The translations under genes and the position numbers were made by a program. A stretch of DNA of 26,466 nucleotides from a virus (Duplodnaviria; Caudoviricetes): the IMG/VR virus record IMGVR_UViG_3300032225_001105, positions 1 to 26,466 of that record; one strand, 5' to 3'. This document shows, piece after piece, positions 6,806-15,670 of the stretch (positions within the stretch are counted from its first letter, which is position 1; each line of letters starts with the position of its first letter). The notes beneath the pieces are model-generated. The model did not search any database. It was not told where the DNA came from and saw only the letters and a program-made list of their open reading frames with translations.

Positions 6806-6849
6806 GGGGGCGGGTACGGCCACGCTATCGGCCGTGCCCGCCCCTCTTT
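6806..6849 (+). terminator. Putative intrinsic terminator
   Basis: 16-bp stem GGGGGCGGGTACGGCC/GGCCGTGCCCGCCCCT (G-U pairs allowed) followed by CTTT. Confidence 0.55.
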
Positions 6850-6864
6850 GCTCCCTGGTGAACC

Positions 6865-7548
6865 ATGCAGGACATGATCGCCAACGGCGAGACGTGGTTT
6901 CGATCGCAGCGGCGTGAGCATCTGGCGACGGAGGTTTCGTACCAGCCGATCGTCGGGCTCACCCGCACCGTCCGGGCGACGGTCGTGGTGGGACAGTGGG
7001 AATCGGTCGATTCAGCCGGCCAAATCCTTCGGACGGAAACCAGGGACTTCCTGGTGGACACGACCGACCTCGCCCAAGACCCCAGGAAAGGCGATCGGCT
7101 TGTCTACGGCGGCACGACCTACGAGGTGATGGTTCCGCCCGGTGCCCAGAACCATTGGCGGTGGTCGGACAGAAACGAGACTCTCAGGCGGATTCACACA
7201 ATGGTCGTGTCCGGTGCTTCTGCCGCTGCGAACGACACACTGCTCGTGCGTGCGGTCGGTGCGTCCACGGCCGTGGCGATCACTGACGCCGAGATCGTCG
7301 CCCAGCTTACGCTCGACCTCGGCACCGGTCGGAGTATTTTGCAACAGGTGACGGCGGCTGCCGCCTACCTCTACATCGTGCTGCCGGATTCGTTCGGAAC
7401 GCCGCTGGTTTCGGTGAACGGCTTCCGTGTCACGGCCTTCTCGGCCACCTCCAGGTCGATCACGTTCAGCGGCCAGACCGCAAAGCCGTACACGATCTAC
7501 CGCTCGACCTACCCCGTGACCGGCAGCGTGCTCGTGGAGGTGGCGTGA
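6865..7548 (+). CDS. Head-closure/head-tail joining protein with extra C-terminal beta domain
   Basis: N-terminal ~115 aa with RDFLV....L...P..GDR......YEV...WRWSD; position after DUF2190. Confidence 0.6.
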   Translation: MQDMIANGETWFRSQRREHLATEVSYQPIVGLTRTVRATVVVGQWESVDSAGQILRTETRDFLVDTTDLAQDPRKGDRLVYGGTTYEVMVPPGAQNHWRWSDRNETLRRIHTMVVSGASAAANDTLLVRAVGASTAVAITDAEIVAQLTLDLGTGRSILQQVTAAAAYLYIVLPDSFGTPLVSVNGFRVTAFSATSRSITFSGQTAKPYTIYRSTYPVTGSVLVEVA

Positions 7549-8585
7549 TGGCTGGCATCCAGGGAACCAACGTCGTCGCCCCGATCGTGCCGCTGGACAC
7601 GGCGGACGTGCACCCAACGCACGCCGCGGCCTACGGGCTCGGCGGCTACCGGACGGCGGCGACGAACGCCGACCGGGACGCGATCCCGACGCCAAGGCGT
7701 GAAGAGGGGATGCTGGTGTTCGTGGCCGCCACCGGCAAGGTTTGGCGGCTGGGGTCGGACCTCACGACGTGGACGGAGCAAACGTCGGTGTCGGCGTGGT
7801 CAGACATCACCGGCAAGCCGTCGACGTTCTCGCCGTCGGCCCACGCGTCCACGCACGGCAGCGGCGGGGCCGATCCGATCACGGTGGCACAGTCGCAGGT
7901 GACAGGCCTCACGTCGGACCTTGCCGCGAAGGCACCGGCGGACACGCCGACGTTCACCGGCCTCGTGACGTTCACCGACATTTCGACTGCAACATCCAGC
8001 ACGATCAACGGCGACACGCACTACGTCACGACCATCGCATTCGCGGACGCAACATTTCAGTCGTCCGCCTTCACCTCGACGCTCAAAACCAAGCTCGCCG
8101 GAATCGCAAGCAACGCCACCGCCAACGCCACCGACGCCCAGCTTCGCGACCGCTCGACTCACACCGGGACGCAGGCCGCTGGGACTATCACGGGCCTCGC
8201 GGCATCGGCCACGACCGACACGACATCGGCGACGAACATCACGAGCGGCACGCTCCCGGCGGCTCGCCTTCCGGCGACCGCGGTCACCGCTGGGGCCTAC
8301 GGGTCGGCGTCGTCGGTCGCCACGTTCACGGTGGACGCCGAGGGCCGGCTCACGGCGGCCGGTTCAACGGCGATCTCCGTGGCCGCCTCCGCGATCGCCA
8401 GCGGCACCATCGCAACGGCGAGGCTCGCCAGCGGCACGGCCTCGAGCTCGACGTTCCTCCGCGGCGATCAGACCTGGGCCACCGCCGGCTCGACATCCGC
8501 GTCCGACCTGACCAGCGGAACGCTCCCCGAAGCCCGCCTTCCGAATCTCGTGATTCTCCATCCGTTCCTACTCGCCGGGATGTGA
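7545..8585 (+). CDS. Virion fibre protein (Thr/Ser/Ala-rich)
   Basis: WSDITGKPSTF, HASTH..GG.DPI, RSTHTGTQ and repeated SGTLP.ARLP motifs typical of phage fibres. Confidence 0.7.
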   Translation: MMAGIQGTNVVAPIVPLDTADVHPTHAAAYGLGGYRTAATNADRDAIPTPRREEGMLVFVAATGKVWRLGSDLTTWTEQTSVSAWSDITGKPSTFSPSAHASTHGSGGADPITVAQSQVTGLTSDLAAKAPADTPTFTGLVTFTDISTATSSTINGDTHYVTTIAFADATFQSSAFTSTLKTKLAGIASNATANATDAQLRDRSTHTGTQAAGTITGLAASATTDTTSATNITSGTLPAARLPATAVTAGAYGSASSVATFTVDAEGRLTAAGSTAISVAASAIASGTIATARLASGTASSSTFLRGDQTWATAGSTSASDLTSGTLPEARLPNLVILHPFLLAGM

Positions 8586-8586
8586 C

Positions 8587-8916
8587 ATGCCAGCCGCCTA
8601 CAAAGTTCTCGGGCAATCCAACCCGTCGGCGACGACGCTCACCACGCTCTACACGGTGCCGGCGTCGACATCGACGGTTGTCTCGACGCTCTCCGTCGCG
8701 AACCTGTCAACGAGCGCGATCACGTTCCGCGTCGCGATCCGCCCCGCCGGGGCCACGGTCGCGAACCAGCACTACCTCGCCTACGACGCCGCGGTAGCGG
8801 CGAACGATGCGGTCTTCCTCACGCTCGGCGTTTCGCTCGCGACGACCGATGTGGTGAGCGTGTACGCCAGTTCGGCGAACGTGGCGTTCGCGGTCTTCGG
8901 GTCGGAGCTGACATGA
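8587..8916 (+). CDS. Small beta-rich virion protein, fibre-associated
   Basis: YKVLGQSNP..TT.TTLYTVP...FGSE pattern; similar to 19414..19752. Confidence 0.65.
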   Translation: MPAAYKVLGQSNPSATTLTTLYTVPASTSTVVSTLSVANLSTSAITFRVAIRPAGATVANQHYLAYDAAVAANDAVFLTLGVSLATTDVVSVYASSANVAFAVFGSELT

Positions 8917-9707
8917 GCGTCACCAGACTGACAGGCCCGCGACGCATCTCGGCTGCGGGGATCGCATCCGCCGCGGGGACGTACACCGATGGCGTGTATT
9001 CGTCGCTGCGGTCGAACCTCACGAACTACTGGCCGCTGAACGAGGAATCCCCGTCGGGAAGCAACACGACCGCCGTCAACTGGGTCTCGGGCGGCACGAA
9101 CATGACAAGCGACAATGCCGTTCCGTCGGTCGCCGGGAAGTCAAGAAACGGACGATCGTTCACCAGGGCAAACAGCCAGCGGATGTCGGCGACGGCCACA
9201 TCCTCGATGACAATCTGCGGAACGCCGAACTACACGCTCGCGTTTTGGTTTCGTATGGACGCGGCCCCGGCAAGCGGAAACTACGGCCTGGTGTCGAACG
9301 ACTTTTTCAGCACTGAGCGCGGTGTGTCCCTCTACATCGGCGGCGACCAGATTTCCGGGGCGTGGGCCCCGCTCGTGTATTTGCGTTATTCCGACTCCAC
9401 GGAGGAGACATGGCAGCCGTTCAACGCATTTGCGGGAGTGGCCGCGTCGGCGTGGACGTTCGTCTGCCTGCGGCTGTCTGGTGGAACGGCGATTGACTAC
9501 AGGCTCAACAGCACGGATGCACCTACCAAGACGCTGACTAAGAGTTTCAACGCCAGCCGTCAGCGGCTGTTCTTCGGCACGCGATACACGGCCTCCGACT
9601 ACCTGAACGGATCGCTCGACGAGGTCGCGATGTGGTCGCGGCGTTTGAGCGATGCCGAGGTGAACACCCTCTACAACGACGGAAACGGGATCGACCTGCG
9701 GCGATGA
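8913..9707 (+). CDS. LamG/concanavalin A-like lectin domain protein
   Basis: YWPLNE, TLAFWF, W.FV, LNGSLDEVAMWSR.LS.AEV..LYN motifs. Confidence 0.85.
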   Translation: MSVTRLTGPRRISAAGIASAAGTYTDGVYSSLRSNLTNYWPLNEESPSGSNTTAVNWVSGGTNMTSDNAVPSVAGKSRNGRSFTRANSQRMSATATSSMTICGTPNYTLAFWFRMDAAPASGNYGLVSNDFFSTERGVSLYIGGDQISGAWAPLVYLRYSDSTEETWQPFNAFAGVAASAWTFVCLRLSGGTAIDYRLNSTDAPTKTLTKSFNASRQRLFFGTRYTASDYLNGSLDEVAMWSRRLSDAEVNTLYNDGNGIDLRR

Positions 9708-10108
9708 CTGCCACAACGGACCAGATCAGCGCGTCGATGTCTGCACTGTGGCCGCTTGTGCGGCAACAGCAGGACTCCTACCTGGCCGAGAACGGATGCT
9801 ACTACCAACTCCTCTGGACTCACGAGGAGCCGCCCGCGGCCCCGGCGGCCCCGGACAATCTCGACGAAACTCCGACATACGAACAGCCCGCCGAGTTTGT
9901 CGGACTGCCGCCTGTCATGCGGTCGCGGATTCGCATCGACACATACGGCAAGCCAGACGGATGGACGCTCACCATGCAGGCGATCATCGGCGGCGACCTG
10001 TGGGAGTGCTGCATCGATTGCGGCGTGGACGCCAGCCGGTCGCGACCGTGGGCCGTGGTCGTCGAGCCGCCAACCGCGCCGGTTGTGATCGCCGCGGTGA
10101 CGCCGTGA
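9704..10108 (+). CDS. Hypothetical protein (134 aa)
   Basis: ATGA overlap with the LamG gene stop; in frame with track ORF 9632..10108. Confidence 0.6.
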   Translation: MTATTDQISASMSALWPLVRQQQDSYLAENGCYYQLLWTHEEPPAAPAAPDNLDETPTYEQPAEFVGLPPVMRSRIRIDTYGKPDGWTLTMQAIIGGDLWECCIDCGVDASRSRPWAVVVEPPTAPVVIAAVTP

Positions 10109-10212
10109 CGCAACGCGTCGAACGATGGACGTCGCCTCGGATGACAGTGTTTTCAGCATGAAATCCCGGGGTTTACGCCCACGGGTATTTCGGTAGCCTA
10201 GTCGGTGAACGG

Positions 10213-11280
10213 GTGAACACCATGATTGAACACCTCCACCGAATCGCCGCCCACGCCTACTACGTTGGCGAGGAAGCCGCTGGCCGCCGGGCGTGCGAAC
10301 GCCTGCTGCGGCTTCCACTCTCTCCGGAGAAGGAAGAGAAAGTCCGCAGCAATCGGACCTGGTACACGCAGACGCTACGGGATCTCGGCGTCAACGCCGC
10401 GTTCAAGGCGATTGAAGTCAATCCCGCTGCCCCCGGCTGGTCGCTGTTCAACCCGTCGGTCGTGATGCACCACGGGAGGATGCTGGTCAACGTCCGGTCC
10501 AGCAACTACCGGATCGTGGACGGCCAGTACGTCATGCCGCCGGAAGACAGCCAGACGATCAAGACAAAGAACTGCCTATGGATTCCCGGCCGCGACCAGG
10601 CCACCTACTGGTCGGCCGACTACGAGACGACCGGCTACCCCGTTGAGGGGCTGGAAGACGTGCGGCTCAACTCCGTGGACGGCAGGCTGATCGTATCGGC
10701 TACCGTCCGCAACTGGGCCGGCCTGGACGGCACCTGCCGGATCGGCGTCGGCCGCCTGGACTTGGTCGATCGTATCGACGGGCTGCGTGTTCGCGCCACG
10801 ATCGACGAACGTCACGAAAAAAACTGGATGCCGATCACCGGCAAGAAAGAGTTCCTATACCACTGCAGCCACGAAGGCCGGACGTGCCTCGTGAGTGAAG
10901 AGGATAACGACTGGACCGTGACGGCCCACGCCGAGGCTCCGCCGGTCGCCTGCGGCTTCCGCGGCGGCTCGCAGCTTGTTGAGCACCCGTGGGCACCGGG
11001 CTTGTGGTGGGCGATCGTCCACGAAGTCGCCGTCTCCGGTGGCCGCCGGGTCTACGAGCACCGGTTCGTGACTTTCGACGAGGCGGCGGACTGGAAGATC
11101 GTCAGGGTGTCGCCTCCGTTCGCATTTCACGAATCGCGAACGATTGAGTTCTGTGCCGGCTTGTGCGTGAACGACAGCGACTCGCTGATGGCATCGTTCG
11201 GCGTCAACGACGCAGAGGCGTGGCTGGCCCGCATTCCGATTGCCGACGTGGTCAACATCATGGTGGACGCATGGGAGTGA
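10213..11280 (+). CDS. N-terminal TPR-like helix plus beta-propeller glycoside hydrolase/phosphorylase-like domain (GH130/GH43-like fold)
   Basis: FNPSV, GLEDVRL, EKNWMP, RGGSQ, YEHRF, IEFCAGL, SFGVND motifs. Confidence 0.7.
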   Translation: MNTMIEHLHRIAAHAYYVGEEAAGRRACERLLRLPLSPEKEEKVRSNRTWYTQTLRDLGVNAAFKAIEVNPAAPGWSLFNPSVVMHHGRMLVNVRSSNYRIVDGQYVMPPEDSQTIKTKNCLWIPGRDQATYWSADYETTGYPVEGLEDVRLNSVDGRLIVSATVRNWAGLDGTCRIGVGRLDLVDRIDGLRVRATIDERHEKNWMPITGKKEFLYHCSHEGRTCLVSEEDNDWTVTAHAEAPPVACGFRGGSQLVEHPWAPGLWWAIVHEVAVSGGRRVYEHRFVTFDEAADWKIVRVSPPFAFHESRTIEFCAGLCVNDSDSLMASFGVNDAEAWLARIPIADVVNIMVDAWE

Positions 11281-11831
11281 CGACCTCCGCAGCATGGACC
11301 GAGACCGTCCGCCGTGCCCTTGAGAGCAACTGGCGGGAGGATGATTGGTTCGGCTGCGACAGCCGCGTGATCTTTCACTACGCCATGAAGGGCGAAATCT
11401 TCAAGCGATACCGCCCCAGGCGCGTGATCGAGATTGGCACCCGCTGCGGCTACTCGCTGCTGACGTTCCACAAGGCGTCTCCCGGGGCGAGTTATCTGTG
11501 CATCGACGGGGCGATGGACGCCGACTCCTACGACTGCCTCGCACACTGGCGACGGCTGGTGGAGCGGCACGAGATCGACGCCGACCTGATCGTGGTGGAT
11601 TCGCACGCCATCAAGAGCCTGCCGCCGGCTGACTTCGCGCACATCGACGGGGACCATTCCTACGAAGGTGCCTTGGCCGATCTCCGGCTTGTCGCAGGCT
11701 CCCGAGTGATTCTTGCCGACGACTGCGACAACCAGGCCGTGAAGGCCGCGGTGGAGCAGTTCGCCCGGGATCAGGCGTGCACGGTGGAGTATTTCGATGA
11801 CGGGTTACGAAAGGGGGCGGTGCTGACGTGA
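11271..11831 (+). CDS. Class I SAM-dependent methyltransferase (Methyltransf_24-like); start 11271 or 11277
   Basis: VIEIGTRCGYS, HIDGDHSYEG...DL, DD motifs. Confidence 0.85.
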   Translation: MGVTTSAAWTETVRRALESNWREDDWFGCDSRVIFHYAMKGEIFKRYRPRRVIEIGTRCGYSLLTFHKASPGASYLCIDGAMDADSYDCLAHWRRLVERHEIDADLIVVDSHAIKSLPPADFAHIDGDHSYEGALADLRLVAGSRVILADDCDNQAVKAAVEQFARDQACTVEYFDDGLRKGAVLT

Positions 11832-12880
11832 AGGTTGCCATCTACGCCCTCGCCAAGAACGAAGCCGCCAACGTCAAGCGGTGGGAGGCGTCGTGCCGCG
11901 AGGCCGACTATCGGGTTGTGACGGACACCGGCAGCACGGACGGCACCCTGGAGTTGCTCGGCAACGCTGGGGTCTCGGTGGCTCACGGGGCTCCGATCCC
12001 GTGGCGGTGGGACGATGCCCACAACCTTTCGCTCATGCACGTCCCTGCCGACGTGGACGTGGCGATCCGGCTCGACCTGGACGAAGCCCTGGACCCTGGA
12101 TGGCGTGAAGCATTGGAGCGTGACTGGAAGCCCGAGACGACGAAGCTCCGCTACTGGTACTGGTGGTCGAACGACGTTCGGTTTCGCTGCGATCGGGTTC
12201 ACTCCCGGCACGGATATCGGTGGTCTGGGGCGACGCACGAGGGGCTTTCGCGGTGGTCCGGCGATGAGGTGCAGGCTTACTCCGACGGGCTGGTGATCCG
12301 CCATCACAGGCAGCCCGGGAAGCGGCACGGCACAGACCTTGAGCTGCTACGGCAGGCGGTGCGGGAGAATCCGACCGATGCCAGGATGTCCTGGTATCTG
12401 GCTCGGGAAATGGACTACGCCGGCGACAAGGATGCCGCCGCGGCGTTTGCGTCTTATCTGCGGATGCCGGGCGGGGCTCCTAATGAGCGGGCTTACGCTC
12501 GCCGGGCGTTGACGCGGCTGGATCCGCAAGGGGCCAACTTGCACATGCTGGCCGCCATGCTTGAGGCACCGCTTGAGCCGGAGCCCTACGTTCACGTCGC
12601 CAACCTCGCTTGGAAGAAGCGGGACACCGCGGCCACGTTGCACTTCGCCCGGCAGGCGTTGAACTGCCCTGGCGAAAGCCAGACGCACACAAGCGACCCG
12701 GAATGCTACGGGGATGCTCCGGCAGACCTTGCCTATTCAGCCGCCTACGAGCTGGGCCTGCTTGACGAGGCGCTCGCCTACGCCCGGATTGCGGCGGGGC
12801 GAAACCCCGGAAACCCGCGCCACGCCGCCAACGTGTCGGCACTTGAGAGAATGATTACGGAGGACGGCCCCAAGCCGTGA
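11828..12880 (+). CDS. Glycosyltransferase family 2 with C-terminal TPR repeats
   Basis: IYALAKNE, DTGSTDGT, LDLDE (DxD), THE, R..WYLARE, followed by helical repeats. Confidence 0.88.
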   Translation: MKVAIYALAKNEAANVKRWEASCREADYRVVTDTGSTDGTLELLGNAGVSVAHGAPIPWRWDDAHNLSLMHVPADVDVAIRLDLDEALDPGWREALERDWKPETTKLRYWYWWSNDVRFRCDRVHSRHGYRWSGATHEGLSRWSGDEVQAYSDGLVIRHHRQPGKRHGTDLELLRQAVRENPTDARMSWYLAREMDYAGDKDAAAAFASYLRMPGGAPNERAYARRALTRLDPQGANLHMLAAMLEAPLEPEPYVHVANLAWKKRDTAATLHFARQALNCPGESQTHTSDPECYGDAPADLAYSAAYELGLLDEALAYARIAAGRNPGNPRHAANVSALERMITEDGPKP

Positions 12881-12884
12881 AGTC

Positions 12885-13346
12885 GTGGACGCTATCGAAA
12901 TACTGATTTGCGACTCGCTCGCCGATTCGCTGTCGAAGTTTGTGTTTCCAGGGGCGATCCCGTCGATCACCGCGGTGCGGCGTATCGTTCCGGACGACGT
13001 GACCGAAAACCTCAACGAGCTTCGGGTGTCGGTGGTCCCCGGCGATGTGGACGTGAGCAATCACACGCACGGGGCGGATCTGTTTGAGCCGACCGTGCAT
13101 ATCGTGATCGCCAAGCTGTTTGACACAGACGAAGAACTTGACGCCCTCTACGACCTCCGCAGCAACATCGTGGACGCAGTCCGCTCCAAGGCGTTGTCAG
13201 CGTCCACGCCGCCGATGCCAAACGGCACCCATTGGATGAGCATTCAAAACGTTGTGACGTTCGGCCGCGACCAGGTGGCGAATATGCGGACGTTCCTTGC
13301 CGACATCGCCGTGGTTTACAGGCGTGCTCAGGAGAAGGTGCTTTGA
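12885..13346 (+). CDS. Putative tail terminator/neck protein
   Basis: 153 aa; position between head completion and tail tube genes; alpha/beta pattern. Confidence 0.5.
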   Translation: MDAIEILICDSLADSLSKFVFPGAIPSITAVRRIVPDDVTENLNELRVSVVPGDVDVSNHTHGADLFEPTVHIVIAKLFDTDEELDALYDLRSNIVDAVRSKALSASTPPMPNGTHWMSIQNVVTFGRDQVANMRTFLADIAVVYRRAQEKVL

Positions 13347-14092
13347 ACATTCCGGTCAAGATTCCCAATCTTGGGATGCGGGCGAACACGTCGGCATTTT
13401 TTGACAAAGATGCCGTGAAGGGTGCCCTGTCGGAAATGGAAAGGAAGGCGCTGTCTAAGGCGTCGCTGGTCATCAAGGACAGGGCATTCCGCATTATCAA
13501 GAAAAGGGGTCTGGCGAGGATTCCGCGGAAACTCCAAGAGAAGCATCCAGGTGCAGGCCCGACGGCATTGTTCAATAAGGGGCTCATATCCGGCAAGCAG
13601 CGAGACCTCATAATCCGCGAGGTGCAGACTCCGAAAGGATCTCCGGCCGGCTCGCCACCGTTCACGCATACGCCTTACGCTGGCCACCAGGCATCATTCC
13701 TTGGGTTTCGCAGGAATCTCTGGAACTTCTACGACGCATCCACGCACGCTGGGGTGGTTGGGCCGTCGAAGAAGGGGAGAATGATCCCCTATCTGCACGA
13801 GTTTGGCGGTGGGCTGCGGTTGCGGACCTGGGTGTGGGTTCCGCAAAAGTTCACAAAAAGCGGCCGGATGAGGAAGCCAATCGTGATGAAACTTCCGCTG
13901 GGCCAGTCGCCAAGCGATTCCACGAAGTGGCGGCCGACGGCGATGATTGACTCCGTGATTTACCCGGCCAGGCCGTTCATGCAGCCGGCCATGGATTTCT
14001 GTATTGCCAACGGCTCAATAGCTCGAGCATTCGGCGGGAGATTCCGCAGCACAAGCGGGCCAAACGCCGGCTACTCGGTCAGGCGTGGGTAG
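13343..14092 (+). CDS. Basic neck/tail completion protein (HK97 gp10-like); TTG start overlapping the previous stop
   Basis: FFD...V, PAGSPP..H, VVGP, LHEFGG, YPARPFM.PA motifs. Confidence 0.65.
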   Translation: MNIPVKIPNLGMRANTSAFFDKDAVKGALSEMERKALSKASLVIKDRAFRIIKKRGLARIPRKLQEKHPGAGPTALFNKGLISGKQRDLIIREVQTPKGSPAGSPPFTHTPYAGHQASFLGFRRNLWNFYDASTHAGVVGPSKKGRMIPYLHEFGGGLRLRTWVWVPQKFTKSGRMRKPIVMKLPLGQSPSDSTKWRPTAMIDSVIYPARPFMQPAMDFCIANGSIARAFGGRFRSTSGPNAGYSVRRG

Positions 14093-14096
14093 CCTA

Positions 14097-14107
14097 ACTG
14101 GTATACT
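14097..14107 (+). promoter_or_regulatory. Putative extended -10 promoter for tail genes
   Basis: ACTGGTATACT (TGn-TATACT) in the intergenic gap; AGGAG RBS at 14146-14150. Confidence 0.45.
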
Positions 14108-14157
14108 GACGTTCAGGTGGCCGGCTTTGCCCAGACTCGCATACCAGGAGCGTCTCG

Positions 14158-14517
14158 ATGCCCGTCGCACACAACTATCAGCTCGGCAAGGACTGCACGT
14201 TTTCGTTTGCAAGCGCAATCGCAAACAAGGATGTGAAGTCCGTGAACTTCGTTCGCGAGACTGCTGCCGAGGCCGACGTGACGACCCGCGGTTCCGACGT
14301 TATCCAGGAGTTTGTTCCGGTTCGCCAAAACACGACCGTGGAAGTTGTGTGCCTGGACCACAGTTGCGTCATGCACGGAACCGGAGTGCTGTCTGTCGCT
14401 GGCGCCACCGGAGCAGCCGTTACGGGCGTCTACTACGTCAACAACATTTCGGTTCCGCAGGAAATCGACGGTGCTGTTGAGTTCACGATCCAGCTCAAGC
14501 GATTCGTTGGAGTGTGA
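14158..14517 (+). CDS. Tail tube (major tail) protein
   Basis: LGKDC...EADVTTR...QEIDG.V...I.LK pattern; strong RBS; upstream of the chaperone and tape measure genes. Confidence 0.65.
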   Translation: MPVAHNYQLGKDCTFSFASAIANKDVKSVNFVRETAAEADVTTRGSDVIQEFVPVRQNTTVEVVCLDHSCVMHGTGVLSVAGATGAAVTGVYYVNNISVPQEIDGAVEFTIQLKRFVGV

Positions 14518-14523
14518 TAGCCC

Positions 14524-14982
14524 ATGCCAATCGACGGCGGAGGCGGGCGGTCTTACGTCCTCGGGCGTGAATGCCGGCTGACCATCGAGAGCAGGGAGAT
14601 CAAAGGCGCTTCGGACGTGGTTCTCCGAATTGTGAACTCAACGATCGACGGCACGTATTTCAATGCCAATGTGCAGGCAACTATTCCTGTGTTGCAGGAC
14701 GGAGAGATTTCGTTTTCGTGCCCAGATATGGATGACGCCCAATACGTTCGGTCAATGCGGTGGAAGCAAGTCGGAAAGTATTTCATCCCAAGAGTTGTGA
14801 CTGTTGAGATGGAAGGTGGAGTTTTCGATCAAGCGGCTTATCGAAACGATGGATGGAACGGGGGTGCTGCTGAGTACCCGTACATCATTCACGAGATTGA
14901 ATCCGACGAGCCAGTGAATGGTGCTGTCATTCCCAGGTTTACGCTTCGCAAATGGGCCGGCGAAACGAGGAATGTGCAGTGA
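14524..14982 (+). CDS. Second tail-tube-like paralog
   Basis: Y.LGREC aligns with Y.LGKDC; EPVNGAV...F.LRK aligns with QEIDGAV...I.LKR. Confidence 0.5.
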   Translation: MPIDGGGGRSYVLGRECRLTIESREIKGASDVVLRIVNSTIDGTYFNANVQATIPVLQDGEISFSCPDMDDAQYVRSMRWKQVGKYFIPRVVTVEMEGGVFDQAAYRNDGWNGGAAEYPYIIHEIESDEPVNGAVIPRFTLRKWAGETRNVQ

Positions 14983-15548
14983 ACAACCGATTCACCGACC
15001 GCAACGGCCGCGAGTGGAAGCTGGAGGCAAACTTCGCCTCCTATGGCCGCGTGCGAGACGCCACCGGCGTCAAGCTCTACGACATCGCGACCGAGAATCG
15101 GGAAAGCCTGGTGCAGCTTGCCGACGCCCTCACGCTCGGCCAAGTGTTGTGGGCCATGGTTGAGCCGCAGGCGGAAGCCAAGGGCGTGACGCCGGAGGAT
15201 TTTGCGGAGTCGTTCGACGGCGAGATCGTCGATGCCGCATATCACGCATTACTTGAGGTGATGATTTTTTTTTGCCACCCCCGCCAGAGGAAGGTGCTCG
15301 AGATCGCGGTGAGAAAGCTGCGGGAAGTGGAGCAGATGGCGGACAAGAAGGTGGACTCCGAGATGGAGGGGCTGGAGCAAGAGATCGACCGGGCAATCGG
15401 CCTGTGGACATCTGGACTCTTGGCTACGAGCTTGCCGGGATCATCGGCGTCCACCCGGGCCAATGGTCCCTGCGAGAACTCACCGATGCAGTCCGCGGGC
15501 GACAACGAGAGGACTGGAATCACACCTGTGCCGTCCTCGCCCAACTGA
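14979..15548 (+). CDS. Tail assembly chaperone (gpG-like)
   Basis: GTGA overlap; F.D..GREW...; precedes the tape measure gene; T9 run at 15265-15273. Confidence 0.7.
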   Translation: MNNRFTDRNGREWKLEANFASYGRVRDATGVKLYDIATENRESLVQLADALTLGQVLWAMVEPQAEAKGVTPEDFAESFDGEIVDAAYHALLEVMIFFCHPRQRKVLEIAVRKLREVEQMADKKVDSEMEGLEQEIDRAIGLWTSGLLATSLPGSSASTRANGPCENSPMQSAGDNERTGITPVPSSPN

Positions 15549-15670
15549 CGGAGCTGCATCGCGATCCAAAGAAGCGGTCGCGCCCGTATGACGCCAGCGA
15601 GTTTCATCCGATGCGGCAGCCTTCCCCAGTCTCGGTAACTACAGAAAAGGTGCTGAAAGAGATCGTATGA
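15272..15670 (+). CDS. Tail assembly chaperone gpT-like frame (-1 relative to gpG); true entry point uncertain
   Basis: Open -1 frame from the T9 run to the ATGA overlap with the tape measure gene; protein-like from VDIWTL (15404) onward. Confidence 0.6.
   Translation: MPPPPEEGARDRGEKAAGSGADGGQEGGLRDGGAGARDRPGNRPVDIWTLGYELAGIIGVHPGQWSLRELTDAVRGRQREDWNHTCAVLAQLTELHRDPKKRSRPYDASEFHPMRQPSPVSVTTEKVLKEIV

Noticed and set aside
8241-8543. Repeated SGTLP.ARLP-coding segments as a diversity-generating retroelement TR/VR pair
   Set aside because: Short in-frame fibre repeats, differences not adenine-specific, and no reverse transcriptase in the window.
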